Below, piece after piece: positions 27,989 through 40,070 of a stretch of 64,000 nt of DNA (the first letter of the stretch is position 1; every line of letters begins with the position of its first letter). The stretch covers positions 77,316,001 to 77,380,000 of the forward strand of contig CM052817.1 in assembly GCA_028534125.1 (NCBI GenBank), read 5' to 3'. Under the pieces are notes generated by a model. It had not been told where the DNA came from. It did no database searches and worked only from the letters and a program-made list of their open reading frames with translations. Source of the DNA: Lama glama (taxonomy: Eukaryota). The position numbers and the translations under genes are program-made.

Positions 27989-29173
27989 AATAGCGACCTG
28001 GCTCACTCTGTCTGTGGAGGGAAAGGGTGTCTGTGCTTTTGGCCAGAGGCCCTGGGGCTCTAGAAAGGCAAAGATGTCAGCTTCTTTAGCAAGAGGAGGC
28101 TCTGAGCTGAGGGGAAGGGGAGGCAGCACAGCAACTCCCTCAAGCCACACTCACCCTGACACTGTCAGTGGTAAAGAATTCAAAACTTAAAGTGAAGACT
28201 GAACATGAAGGTGTGACAGTTGACAGCCTAACCATTTGCCTTTTCAAATACGTTACATTATATGAAGACAAAAAAAGATTCTGATGAAGAAGTTGCTCAA
28301 GAAGGAATCAGAGTGTTCATCAAAAAGAAAGCACAACATTCTTAGGAGCAGACTAAGGTCCCTTAACTAGAATACAAATGATCCACCAAATTTGTGTTTT
28401 ATCACCCAAATATCACAAAAACTTCTGTCTCTGAAGAAAGCTTTAATATCTGAAATTCCAGGACTACTTCTTTGGCTCTAAGCTCTAGGAATGTTCATGG
28501 GAGCCTTGGGGTTTACTGAAAGAAATCATGTGACTGCCAAATTCTTAGGCAGTCTTACAAGGAAAATAAAAGAATGCATATTGGGAAAAAATATGACAGC
28601 TTCACAATTTGAGGTACTTATTCCATCAAAAAATGTCAATATTAAAGGAGAAATTAATAAATTGAGACCTAGTGAGCATCACTAGTATCTGTATATAAAA
28701 TAAAGAATTGAATTTTAGGTAATCCCCCAAAACATGATTGCTGTTAATTTGTAATTTTCTTTATAATCCTTGTAATATTTTATTTTTATAACAGATACAT
28801 CTGGTAGCAACTGCTCTGTTATGTTAATAGCTTTCCCGTTTAGCTGTGAGAGCTAGGGTAATCTGCTGTAGGCAGCATATTGCAACACACACTGTCTCCC
28901 TAATTACTATTTGTCTTTCAATCTACATTTATTATCAACCAAGCTTTTCTCTATTGTATGCTTATAACAATTTTGTGGCCACCTGGATTATTTCATGTTT
29001 CTTTTGATCCCCTAGTGTCTTGCCATGTTGCTTCACTATTTTACTGGGTTTTTAAAAATATTTCATCTGTGGGCTTCTAAGGGTAATGGACATTACATTA
29101 GGAAATGCATTTGGCTTTTTGTACCACATAGGAAGATGGTGTATTGTCGGTCCCCTTCTAGATATTTCTCTCT

Positions 29174-29196
29174 ACACACACACACACACACACACA
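29174..29196. repeat. (CA)n microsatellite
   Basis: Direct reading. Confidence 0.9.
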
Positions 29197-29981
29197 TGAA
29201 AGGAGATAAGGAGAAGCCAGAAAACTCCTAAAACAAACCAAAAACCCAAAAGTATATGAGAAGGCACACTTCTATTTTACTAGTAACATTTTTAAAAATG
29301 GAGGGTATAGGGAGAAAAGTCATAATAAAATATTAAAAAAACAGAAAGTAATACCATTTTTACCAAGAACTTGGTTTTAAATTATTGAACAATAGAGACT
29401 GAATAAAGTACTTAGGTTTGTATCTAAAGCCTTATTACGGCATAAGCCAAAATCTAGATTTCATAATGTTCTGTTTATCATTTTATTAGCAAACAGTTGC
29501 ACTACTCAGAACCAAATCCATAATTCAGTTTGGATTTTGTAAAGCACAGCACAATACTGTACTGATCACCAGCATCAGGCTACCCATGGCCTGGATCTTC
29601 TTCATGCTTCTATCTTAGCTCTTAATGCAGGAGTGTCAGTTCATATTTCCTCTAGTCATAGCTTCCTATTTTAATCTGGATTTCAATTTTTTAACACTGA
29701 TTTTGGGGTACAGACAGAACATCTAGCTTATGTACTTTTAAGGTGACACTATATATAGATGATGCTAACAACATCATCTCAGACTTTTGCTGTGCGTATT
29801 TTGTTTCAAGGAATATCAACTTGTCAAGTGTAAGTGTGTTAATAAAGGAATCTGTGGGAATGGATCTTAGATGTAGACTCAAGCACAAGAAACTTCTTTC
29901 CACATCCTTATTAATGACAAGTAGATTTAGTCCATCAACTATAATTGTAGCCCATGGAGAATTTGTAGGAGATATCATTAT

Positions 29982-30076
29982 GAGAGAGAGAGAGAAGGAG
30001 GAAGAGTGAGAGGAGGAAGGAAGAGAGGGAAGAGAATGGAGGAGAGGGACAGAAAGAGGGGAGAGGAAGGAGAGAC
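29982..30076. repeat. GA-rich polypurine tract
   Basis: Direct reading; almost purely purine for about 95 bp. Confidence 0.85.
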
Positions 30077-31486
30077 AAATAAATGAAACTCAGAAATGGG
30101 AGACTAAATTTTGCAGCAGACAATGCAACAGCTTTCCACTTCTTGAGCTCTATTTAAGAACTCTACCATAAACATCTTCATATTTTTTCAGAGTTCAGCA
30201 CCTTGCACATACTACATGCTTAATACATAATTTGTTGTTGGATTAGATCAGTCATCATGGGTTTAGTGCCTCTCTCACTCTGGGTCCTGGTGGTTCTCTG
30301 TTTATCAGGGCATGCCACATAACCAACCTTTTAAGGTGGAGGCTCACTTGCCAAGTTCTTCCTGGTCTCGGGGCTAGTTTGGGGAAGGCAAGCCCAGAAC
30401 AAGACCTGCTCCTGGAGACACTTGGTGAATGGCTGAATGACTTCAAAACTAAGGCTTTTTATTTCTCTCTGAAGCAAATCCAAATGAAAGCATGTCTTAG
30501 CAAATACAAATGTGATCAAACAGTAACAGAGATGTTGTGCTGAACCATTTCTTTGGAAAAAAGTGGTGATTTTGTATTTTCATTCAAATCCAAATTGTTT
30601 AATGGGAAGAGGAGGAGATTCAATATTGCTTACATTTTCTTTTACAAACAATTTGTAAAATCAGTAAAGTCCTCATCTCAAGAAATTAATGTTTTTTTTC
30701 CCTTTAAAAGCATAATTTATACAGGCTGCTGTGTAGTTTGCTTGAGTTACACCAAATGTTTTTGTACTGAACTTTAACCCATTAAAATACTTAAATATAT
30801 TTATCTGCCATTTGACTATTCTACTTCCTTCAAATAGTAGAAGATGCCATATTATGCTCAACTAATTTAATTAATGTGGAGATAATTTTTCCTATAAAAC
30901 AAGACTTGGTAATTCCATTTCTTTGCTTCAGGCTTATGTAATAATAGAGGGGAAATGGAAATTTCATCATATTTGATTTCAAATGAAAATCAAGAACAAT
31001 TGGAAATCCCTTGTCTTCATCATGTTAAAATTTATGACCAGCTAGGGAATAAAAATTATAGCTAAAGTAAATCAAAATTTGAATGTGTTGTTATATTTGC
31101 ATTGTACATTTAGCACAAATACTGTCAAATGGTACCTGAAGTTTTTATATAACTGGAAGCTACACAAAATATTTTTGAAGAGTTAGTTATTTGCCTGCTT
31201 GGGGATAAAATCTGGGTTATAATTTTTCCCCATAAGCAGGTGTTAGCAGCACTTTAGCTTACATTATGTTCACCACTTCTAATCCAGGAAGTCTTGGCTT
31301 TGGAATATCTTTGTTTTCAGAACCACAAAAACTATATAGTTAAAATAAAAGGACATGAAAAAAATTAAAATAATTATCATAAACTCATCTTCTAGTCTTC
31401 CTAATAAGTATGGTTATTTGAAGCTCTAAAGAGTTAATAATATGGTTGCTTGGAAGAAAGTCACTCAGTAAAGATCTGCCTTTTCA

Positions 31487-31533
31487 TCACACACACATAC
31501 ACACACACAGACACACAGACACACACACACACA
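31487..31533. repeat. Interrupted (CA)n microsatellite
   Basis: Direct reading. Confidence 0.9.
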
Positions 31534-31594
31534 GAGAAATGGTTGGCCCCAACATATTTCCTTAAAGTAATCTGTAGAAAATAATGCCAGGTTG

Positions 31595-31965
31595 TGTCAA
31601 AGAACAGGTCTCAGGGTCCCATGGGGAGTTCGTTAAAAATGCAGATACACATGTCCCAGCCCCTAAGATTTGTTTTTTTGTGGAAGAAAGGGGAGTAGAA
31701 ACTGGGTTTCTGCATTTTGGAAGTCCTCTCCAGAGAGTCTTAAAACCTTCCCAAAGGTTACAAACCACCGTCCTACAAGGTCATCACTGCATGATGAGCC
31801 TTTAGTACAGCTCAGCCTTGAACCCTTATGTGTATATGAATTCCCAGGGGATCTCAAAATGCAGGTGCTGGTTCATCTGGGTCAGGGCTGGGATTCTGCG
31901 GTTCTAACAAGTCCCCACGTGGTTCCAATGCTGTGTATCTGTGACCCTCACTTTGAAGAGCAAAG
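31595..31965. mobile_element. Two adjacent MER5-like elements
   Basis: gttaaaaatgcagatac, tctgcatttt, aaaatgcaggtgctggttca, gaccctcactttgaagagca. Confidence 0.6.
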
Positions 31966-32255
31966 ATGGGATTTCTCTAGCGGTTTTGTAGGTGAGCTAA
32001 CTGGCATTTGTTTTGAAGCACTCTGTGAGCTACTGTAGTATTTGTGGGAGGCAGCGCTGTGTTGTGAAAAGCTAGTTCATCCAACAAGCACTGACTGAGC
32101 GTTCACTGTGTGTAGGTTCTTAGGCCCTTGCGCCCTGATTCCCCGTCATTTCTCCTCATCAGGCTGACATTTATTTGTCCTTTAGAAAACTTACCTCCTC
32201 CGATAATCCTTGGTGGTATGACCCTGCTGTGTGCTCCCACTGCCTGCTGTGTTAA

Positions 32256-32755
32256 NNNNNNNNNNNNNNNNNNNNNNNNNNNNNNNNNNNNNNNNNNNNN
32301 NNNNNNNNNNNNNNNNNNNNNNNNNNNNNNNNNNNNNNNNNNNNNNNNNNNNNNNNNNNNNNNNNNNNNNNNNNNNNNNNNNNNNNNNNNNNNNNNNNNN
32401 NNNNNNNNNNNNNNNNNNNNNNNNNNNNNNNNNNNNNNNNNNNNNNNNNNNNNNNNNNNNNNNNNNNNNNNNNNNNNNNNNNNNNNNNNNNNNNNNNNNN
32501 NNNNNNNNNNNNNNNNNNNNNNNNNNNNNNNNNNNNNNNNNNNNNNNNNNNNNNNNNNNNNNNNNNNNNNNNNNNNNNNNNNNNNNNNNNNNNNNNNNNN
32601 NNNNNNNNNNNNNNNNNNNNNNNNNNNNNNNNNNNNNNNNNNNNNNNNNNNNNNNNNNNNNNNNNNNNNNNNNNNNNNNNNNNNNNNNNNNNNNNNNNNN
32701 NNNNNNNNNNNNNNNNNNNNNNNNNNNNNNNNNNNNNNNNNNNNNNNNNNNNNNN
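32256..32755. other. Assembly gap (500 N)
   Basis: Run of N; the round length suggests a placeholder size. Confidence 1.
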
Positions 32756-35307
32756 ACTGTGTTGCAGTTTGCACTGATGGTGTAAGATGGATGACACCTT
32801 AGCATTTGAGGCAGTGATACATACCTGTACTAGGAGTCGTATTCCTCACTGTCACCATTTGACTTAACAAACAAGATGCTGGTTTCAAGTAAGGATGTCC
32901 TTGATGAAGCAGTAAAAGTTTGCATTTTATTAAATCTCGAGCATGCATTTTTCTAATATTCTGCAAGACAAAATGAACATACATGTAAAGCACTTTGTCT
33001 TGAGCAATCACTTGTACAGTTTTTTGAATTCCAAGCTCAGTTAGTCATTTTTCTTCATGGAACATTTTTACTTTAAAGAATGACTGACAGACAAACTATG
33101 GTTATTCAGACTTGGGCATTTAGCAGACATCTTCTAGAAAACGAGCAAAGTGAGCCTGAGCCTGTCACTTCAAGGAAAACAACAGACAGTCTGAGCTTTC
33201 ATGAGAAAATTAGAAAGTTGCACCTGCAATCATGAATTTGACAGCATCTCAATACTTATAGACTTCTTTGATGAGATCATTGATGATACTAAAGAGTGTG
33301 ATTTTATATACTGTATGGTGAAATGTGTCAACATAGGCAGAAAACTCTGTGATATAAATCACAGCAATATATTTTTGGATTCATGTTCAAGAGTAATGGA
33401 AATAAAAACAAAAATAAACAGGGGGCCTAATTAAACTTAAAATCCTTTGCACAGAAAAGGAAACCATAAACAAAACAAAAATACAACCTATGGAATGGGA
33501 GAAAATATTTGCAAATGATGCAACTGACAAGGGATTAATTTCCAAAACATACAAGCAGCTCACACAGCTCAATACTAAAAAAAAAAACCCAACTCAATCA
33601 AAAAATGGGCAGAAGCTCTAAATAGACATTTCTCCAATGAAGACATACAGATGGCCAACAGCACATGAAAAGATGTTTAACATCAATTATTTGAGAAATG
33701 CAAATCAAAACTACAATAAGGTATTACCTCACATTGGTCAGAAGGACCATTGTCAAAAAGTCTACAAATAATACATGCTGGAGACGGTGTGGAGAAAAAG
33801 GAACCCTCCTACACTACTGGTGGGAATGTAAACTGGTGCAGCCACTATGGAGAACAGTATGGAGGTTCTTTTAAAAACTAGAGTTATCATATGATCCAGC
33901 AATCCCACTCCTGGGCATATATTCTGGAGAGAACTCTAATCTGAAAAGACGCATGCATCCCAATGTTCATAGCAGCACTATTTACAATAGCCAAGACACA
34001 GAAGCAACTTTAATGTCCACTGAAAGATGAATGAATAAAGGAAACATGGTATGTATGTGGCACACTGCTCAGACCTAAAAAGGAGTGAAATAATGTCATT
34101 TGCAACAATATAGATGGACCTAAAGATTATCATACTAAGTGAAATAAGTCAGTCAGAGAAAAACAAACATAATATATCACTTATATGTGAAATCTAAAAA
34201 AATGACACAAACGAACTTATTTACAAAATAGAAAGACTCATAGACATAGAAAACAAACTTATGGTTACCGAGGGGGAAGGATAAATTGGGAGTTTGGGAT
34301 TAACAGATACAAACTATCATGTACAGAAAAGAGAAACAACTATTTGCTACTGTATAGCACAGGGAACTATATTCAATGGCTTGTAGTAACCTGTAATGAA
34401 AAAGAATATGTATGTGTATATATACATATATATGTGTGTGTGTATAGATATACGTAGATATATATATGTATAACTGAATCACTATGCTGTATACCAGAAG
34501 TTAATACAACAATGTAAATAAAAAATAAAAATATATAAGGGGGAAGAAAAAAGAATGCACCTGCCACTGTGAATTTGACAGCATCTCAGTACTTAAAAAC
34601 GCTGGTCTGATGAGATCATTGATGACATTAAGGAATGTGATTTTGTCTATTGTATGATGAAATATGTCAACATTTGGAAGATCAGCTAACTCAGTGAATC
34701 AATATTTTTCAAATGACTAGTGTGTGATGAAACAGAATCATGCATATGTGAAAGATCCATCCAAAGTACAAAATAAACTAATGGAAGTATGAAAAGTTCA
34801 TGGCTATGGTTTCAGATTCCACATTGCAGCTTTAGAAATTGTCACTTACTGAATTCGATGTAGTATCAAAGAATATTCAAAATTATCTGAAAAGGTTATT
34901 AAAATACTCCTAGCTTTTCTAACTATGTATCTGTGTGAGGCTAGATCTTCTTCTATTTCAGTCAACGCAATGTAACACAACAGAATGAATACAGAAGCAC
35001 ATATGAGAATTCAGCTGTCTTCTATTAAGCTCAGACATTACAGAGATTTACAGAAATGGAAAACCACGTTACTGTTTTCATTAAATTATCTTAGTGTTAG
35101 AAAACATGGTTATTTTTCATAAAACATTTGTGTCAACATATTGTTATTTTATTTTAAAATTAATTAAAAAACAGAAATTTTAAATGTCTTACTTTTTATT
35201 TCTGACACGGTAAATGCCAATAGAACCCACAAGAACAAAAAGCCCTCAATTATTTTTGAGAGTGTTAGTGGGTCCTAAGACCATTTGAGACATTTGAGAA
35301 TTGCTGC
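32756..35307. mobile_element. Charlie1-type hAT DNA transposon relic, interrupted by L1, left end lost in the assembly gap
   Basis: Recognised Charlie1 segments (aaagaatgactgacagacaaactatggttattcagacttggg; gcctgtcacttcaaggaaaacaac; gagaattcagctgtcttctattaagc) and terminal-like gggtcctaagacc...tttgagaattgctg. Confidence 0.8.
33330..34555 (+). mobile_element. 5'-truncated LINE-1 (ORF2 3' end, 3'UTR, A-rich tail)
   Basis: Hallmark L1 sequence (atgggagaaaatatttgcaaat; ggtgggaatgtaaactggtgcagccactatggagaacagtatggagg; gatccagcaatcccactcctggg), artiodactyl-style 3'UTR, tail ending near 34555. ORF2 is disrupted. Confidence 0.95.
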
Positions 35308-37481
35308 TTTAGATCACACACTCTTATACACTGATGATGGACTAAAGGAAATTCCAGTTAACTAAAACTTTGGAGATCACTTAAATCAGCCCTTCCCAGA
35401 AAGGGCATAGTCCTTGATTAACATTCCTGCCCCTGTACCAGCATGTCTAGAGCTATAGAAAAACAGGTACATTTTCTGGGTACATGAGACATATTCAGTG
35501 TCTGAAATGAAACCATTTCAGTAAACACACCAATAGAAGCAAAGTATTTAGGACCTCAGATTATGAATTTTAATCTACTTCCCTCACTTCATTAATGTGG
35601 CAATGCCTCAAATTTAGTTCTACCTTTAAATAGCAAAACTTCTATTATAGCTGTTTGGAATGGTAATCTTTCTAAAGGTGTCACATGTTAAACTGCATCT
35701 AATCCATCTACTAAGATGATTTAAACATTTTAAATGACTTGTGATCATTATTATTGATGACTATTATTTTACTCAAATACAGTAGAGGTACTAAGTTCCA
35801 TTGAGCATGTGAGAGTTTTTTACACTTCCATTAAATGATGCCAGTATTCTTTTTTTTTTTTTAAGGTTTTCATGAGTTTTTAAATGTTGGCTTTTACTTC
35901 CTTGCTTAATACAGCTGTATTAACTGTAACATCCTCCTTTACACAGGGTGCATGTTTGTTTCTCCATTTCTTATTTTTGTAAACCAAATTAAAGAAGCTT
36001 ATTAGAATTGTACAAAATTGGGCAAAGAGACTGAAAAAGGATTCCAGACACAGTGATGTACAGAAATTTTCGTGAACTTTATTTTTTACTATATTTTGAC
36101 CACTCAAAAGACTGAGTTGAGCTTACTTATAGACTTTTTAGATAGCTAAATTCTTAATAGAGGAGGTATTACAGCATAGTAATCATTTGGTTAATAGTTG
36201 GGTGTGCAGTTAATAAATATAACCAGAGATTTGAGAAACCCAAACAAAAGTGAGTTCTAGTTCTGCTCTCTTTTCTGAGTAATCCTGATTATACTGGCTA
36301 CTTACTTATCTAATCTTTAAGGTTTCACATGTGCTTTTTTAATGAGGTCTTTAAAAAGTTTTTCTTTCATATTCTGTGTAAATGTTTATAAAAAGAATCT
36401 GCCTGTAGTTCAAAGCCTCTGGACAGTCTTTCACAATTTAATCCAACAAAAGAGCAGACAGGGACATGTCCTACATAGGCTCTGGTCCATCAGTGTTTTT
36501 CTGAAAGAGCTGGGATGTTTACATTCTTAGGAAGGAAAGAAGAGCAGAGAATACCATTCCATATTTGTACTTGTTGGTTTTCTAGCATCATGGTGGCTGC
36601 TTTGTAACGGCTCATAGCAGTTATACTGCGGCATCGTTTCTGCCTGTGGAATCACACTGGTATGCAGATTCTTAAGTATGCAGCCCCATGGATTAGGGCC
36701 TTCATTCCTGTCAAAGAGGGTTATTTACTCTGGGAATCCTTCCAAAGTTGCTACCAGGAAAGCTTTTTACTTTTATGGCAACTTGGTCCCTAAGGATAAA
36801 GAGAATCATCCTAGAAAAAGGAAAACTTTTTGCCCAGTATCTGGAAGTATATTAGTAACCAGAGCAGAAAATTCATAGTCTTCAAAAGTCAACCTGAGAA
36901 CAGATTATTGAGCTTGAATTGAGGAATTCAGTATAGAATAACCGAAAAATTCTAGTGTCTACTTGTATTTGCATCCATGACCTGACCTGAATATACAGTG
37001 TAAGAATTATTTTCACTATGTAGACAATTTGTATAATTGAATTTCTTGTTCAGTTTTTTATATTTATCAATGTGCTAATGGAGAAAAGCCTCACTTCATT
37101 TTAGGAATTACCTATTCTCCTTTTAGAATGTTTGTCTGGACAACAGTACAGGTTTTTGATCATCATTTCACTTTATTCCTTCTAAGTTCTTCACAAAGCT
37201 TTTAGTTCTTTCATATTGAGTTCTTAGTATGTACTTTACAATGGTTTTTCTGAACTTCCTTCATTGTCCACAAGTTTTAGTTCCCCTCTGCCTTTCCTCC
37301 TTTATTCTTAGCAGACAGTGACCTCATACAATTTATCTAAGTTCCTGCATGGTCTCTCCTGTCTATCTTAAAATATCAGCATCTGTGTCCATCTTTTTTT
37401 CTTTTCTGTATTTGAGAAAGAGTTGCCCTTTTGCTGTTTGTCCTTTTTTACCATCCACGTTTGCCCTTAATTCTATCTTTC

Positions 37482-38032
37482 TGTATCAGTTCAGGGTTCA
37501 TATGCAGAAAATAGAAAGCTCTCTCATTATTTTAGTGAGAAAAGGAATGGAAGAAGTACTTGCAGAACTGTTGAAAGATCTGGAAAAGCACATTTTAGGT
37601 AGGGCCTCCAAAAATGACTTCAAACAACACTGCAGAACTGGCACAAGGGATTGGCAACACTGGCCACTATCAGGAAGCTGAGAAGTCAGAAGGCTAATGG
37701 GCCAGCCCAGCGCCAGGTCCAGGGTTACACACCTTAGCTGTGATCTGAGATGAAGGAGCTGCCAGGAGAACTGCTGCATGCAGAGTAAAGTCATCTCCCA
37801 GATCGGCACCAGCAAGCTGGAGGCCTCATAGTCTGATGCCTCTCTCCAATTAATTCAGTTTCAAAACAAGTTTCTTGCAGGTACACCTGCTTGCTGGGAT
37901 TATATCACCCCCAGAACACTAGCTGAAGGAGAGTCTGGGAAAGGTTATTTTATCTTTTCAGCCTCTGTTTCAAAGAAGGCACATTCTAAGGGGCTCGGGA
38001 CAAAAGTTGAGCAATGCAATCAACCCTGCCAC
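37482..38032. mobile_element. MaLR (MLT1-like) solo LTR
   Basis: Begins tgtatcagttcagggttc...gcagaaaatagaa; contains ctagctgaaggagagtctgggaaa; ends near gccaca. Confidence 0.6.
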
Positions 38033-39784
38033 AGTCGTCTCCACTGACTTTTGATTTACTCAGTTATTGGTTATATTTCTTATGTATTTATCCCATGGCC
38101 TAGATATTTTCTCAAGTCTTGTTTTTCACTTTACTGTTTGAATTTCTGCACTAAATTCCAGGACGCTTTTTGCTTCCTACAATTAAGATTTTCCTTGGGT
38201 TATTACTATTTTTATTCCATCGTGTTCTGGTCCTTGTTGTTTTCTTTTGCCTTATCATCCTGAAACTGTTATATTTCTATTTACTATTGACTTCCAAAAA
38301 TATTTTACCACTGTAAACATGAATTTCCAACAACTTGTAAACTCAGTTTTGCTACTAGGAAACTCTCCATCAAGGGCTGAGTTTGGCGCTCAGGATCTAG
38401 AGAGCAAGCCCATTAAAAGTGGGACTATTTACTTACTTCTAAAACTTTAACCATCATCATTGCTCTTGCAATGACCATTCTGACCATTTCTCTAGATAGT
38501 TGAGGAATACAGACCTACGTTTTCAGTTTAAGAGCCAGCTGGAGTGAGGGAATGCTTATTAAATCTTGTCTCACAGGTTTGAGGGAAGTTTTGCCAAAGG
38601 CCTAAAGTGGAAAATCAAGGAAGGGCTGGGGCTTTAGAAAGGGCAACTAGATCACGGACCACTTTCCAGCCTCTATCAAAATGTTTTTACTTGTTGTCTG
38701 AGATTATGTCACTCATCCTGTCTTAGTTATCTCGAGGTCCCAAGACTTTATTTTATGGATTAAGGACAGCCCTACATGGGATAGGATACATTATGCTAAT
38801 TTCCTCTTTCTTTTTCATGTAATTTTAATACATACAGTAGTGGAATATAAGGAGGAGATTGTCTTGGTTCTACCACTTTGACAACTTCCAAGAGGACTTG
38901 TCAATGAATTGTATGTGAAAATGCAGCCCATGAGACAAGATTTAGTTTCACTAATAGGAATCTGACATGATTGATATGTCACATATACCATACAAAATAG
39001 TTTAAGTACAAGATTCTATGAGAACTCAAATCTGATACTTGTTTTCTAGTAAGTTCTGGAAGAGTTGGAAATGAAGCAATAATAAGTTAATAGAAAAGGA
39101 ATTTTTTTCACTTTACCAGGGAATTATTTATCATAAAAATAAATGAGAATAGCTGACACTCTTCTTAGATTTAGTCTATGAAATGATAATAATAGTGTTA
39201 AATTTCTCAAAGAAGCCTTAACTTTGCATTCAGTAAAATAAATCTTTCCTGATATGGATCAAGAGGCTGTAAGCAATAGAACATAATATTTATACTTACA
39301 TTACCAATATCTCTCTTGGATATATGGCCTGATTAAACTGAGACACTGAAAGGGAATATAGTATTTATGGATAGAAACTTGCTCATCTGACAAATGTATT
39401 AGGTGTGGAATGAGGACTCTAAAGGAATGTTTTCAAAGAAAAGGAGTTATATCACATGCTCACATAGGTGTGTTGTATCAAATCACAGTTTGCCAAAGAT
39501 GATTTTATTCAATTTTGAATTTGTAACATTCTGGGTCACAATACTGACTATTCTCCAATCTCTAAGGAATATTTCATATATAACTCTTAATAAAAGAGGA
39601 AGAAGAAAACAAAATAAACAAAATCTGTCTTTCGCAAAACTGGTTTATGGACTGACCAGGCAAGTTTCTGTCACCTCTACCTGGTCCCTTCCGTTTCCTC
39701 CCTGACTTCACTCACCACATGTCAACTGTTGTTACACTTCTCTCTCTCTTCACTCTAGGGCTTGTGGTAGACAATTTAGATTGT

Positions 39785-40070
39785 TGACTAGGGAGGCAGT
39801 GTGTGTAGTGGTTAAAAACACAAGCTCTAGAGTCAGAATCCCTGGGTTCAAATTCTGGCCCTAACTCTGTGATTTTAGGGAAAGTGCATAACTTGAGTCT
39901 CTGAGTCCTGAGTCTCTGTTTTCCTATCCATAAAATGAAAGTACTGGCAGTCCATCTGAGCATATACAAGTGGAAGTACATTTATACTTCTCATTAAGGT
40001 TTTATAGAGATAAACGGTATAAGGATGTAAAAGGCTTAGCATAGCAAGTGCTCAATAAAAATAAGCCACT
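39785..40070 (+). mobile_element. MIR SINE, near full length
   Basis: gtagtggttaaaaacacaagctctagagtcagaatccctgggttcaaattctggc...agtgctcaataaa. Confidence 0.85.

Noticed and set aside
32103..32805. Five long ORFs spanning 32.1-32.8 kb
   Set aside because: Artefacts of translating the 500-N gap.
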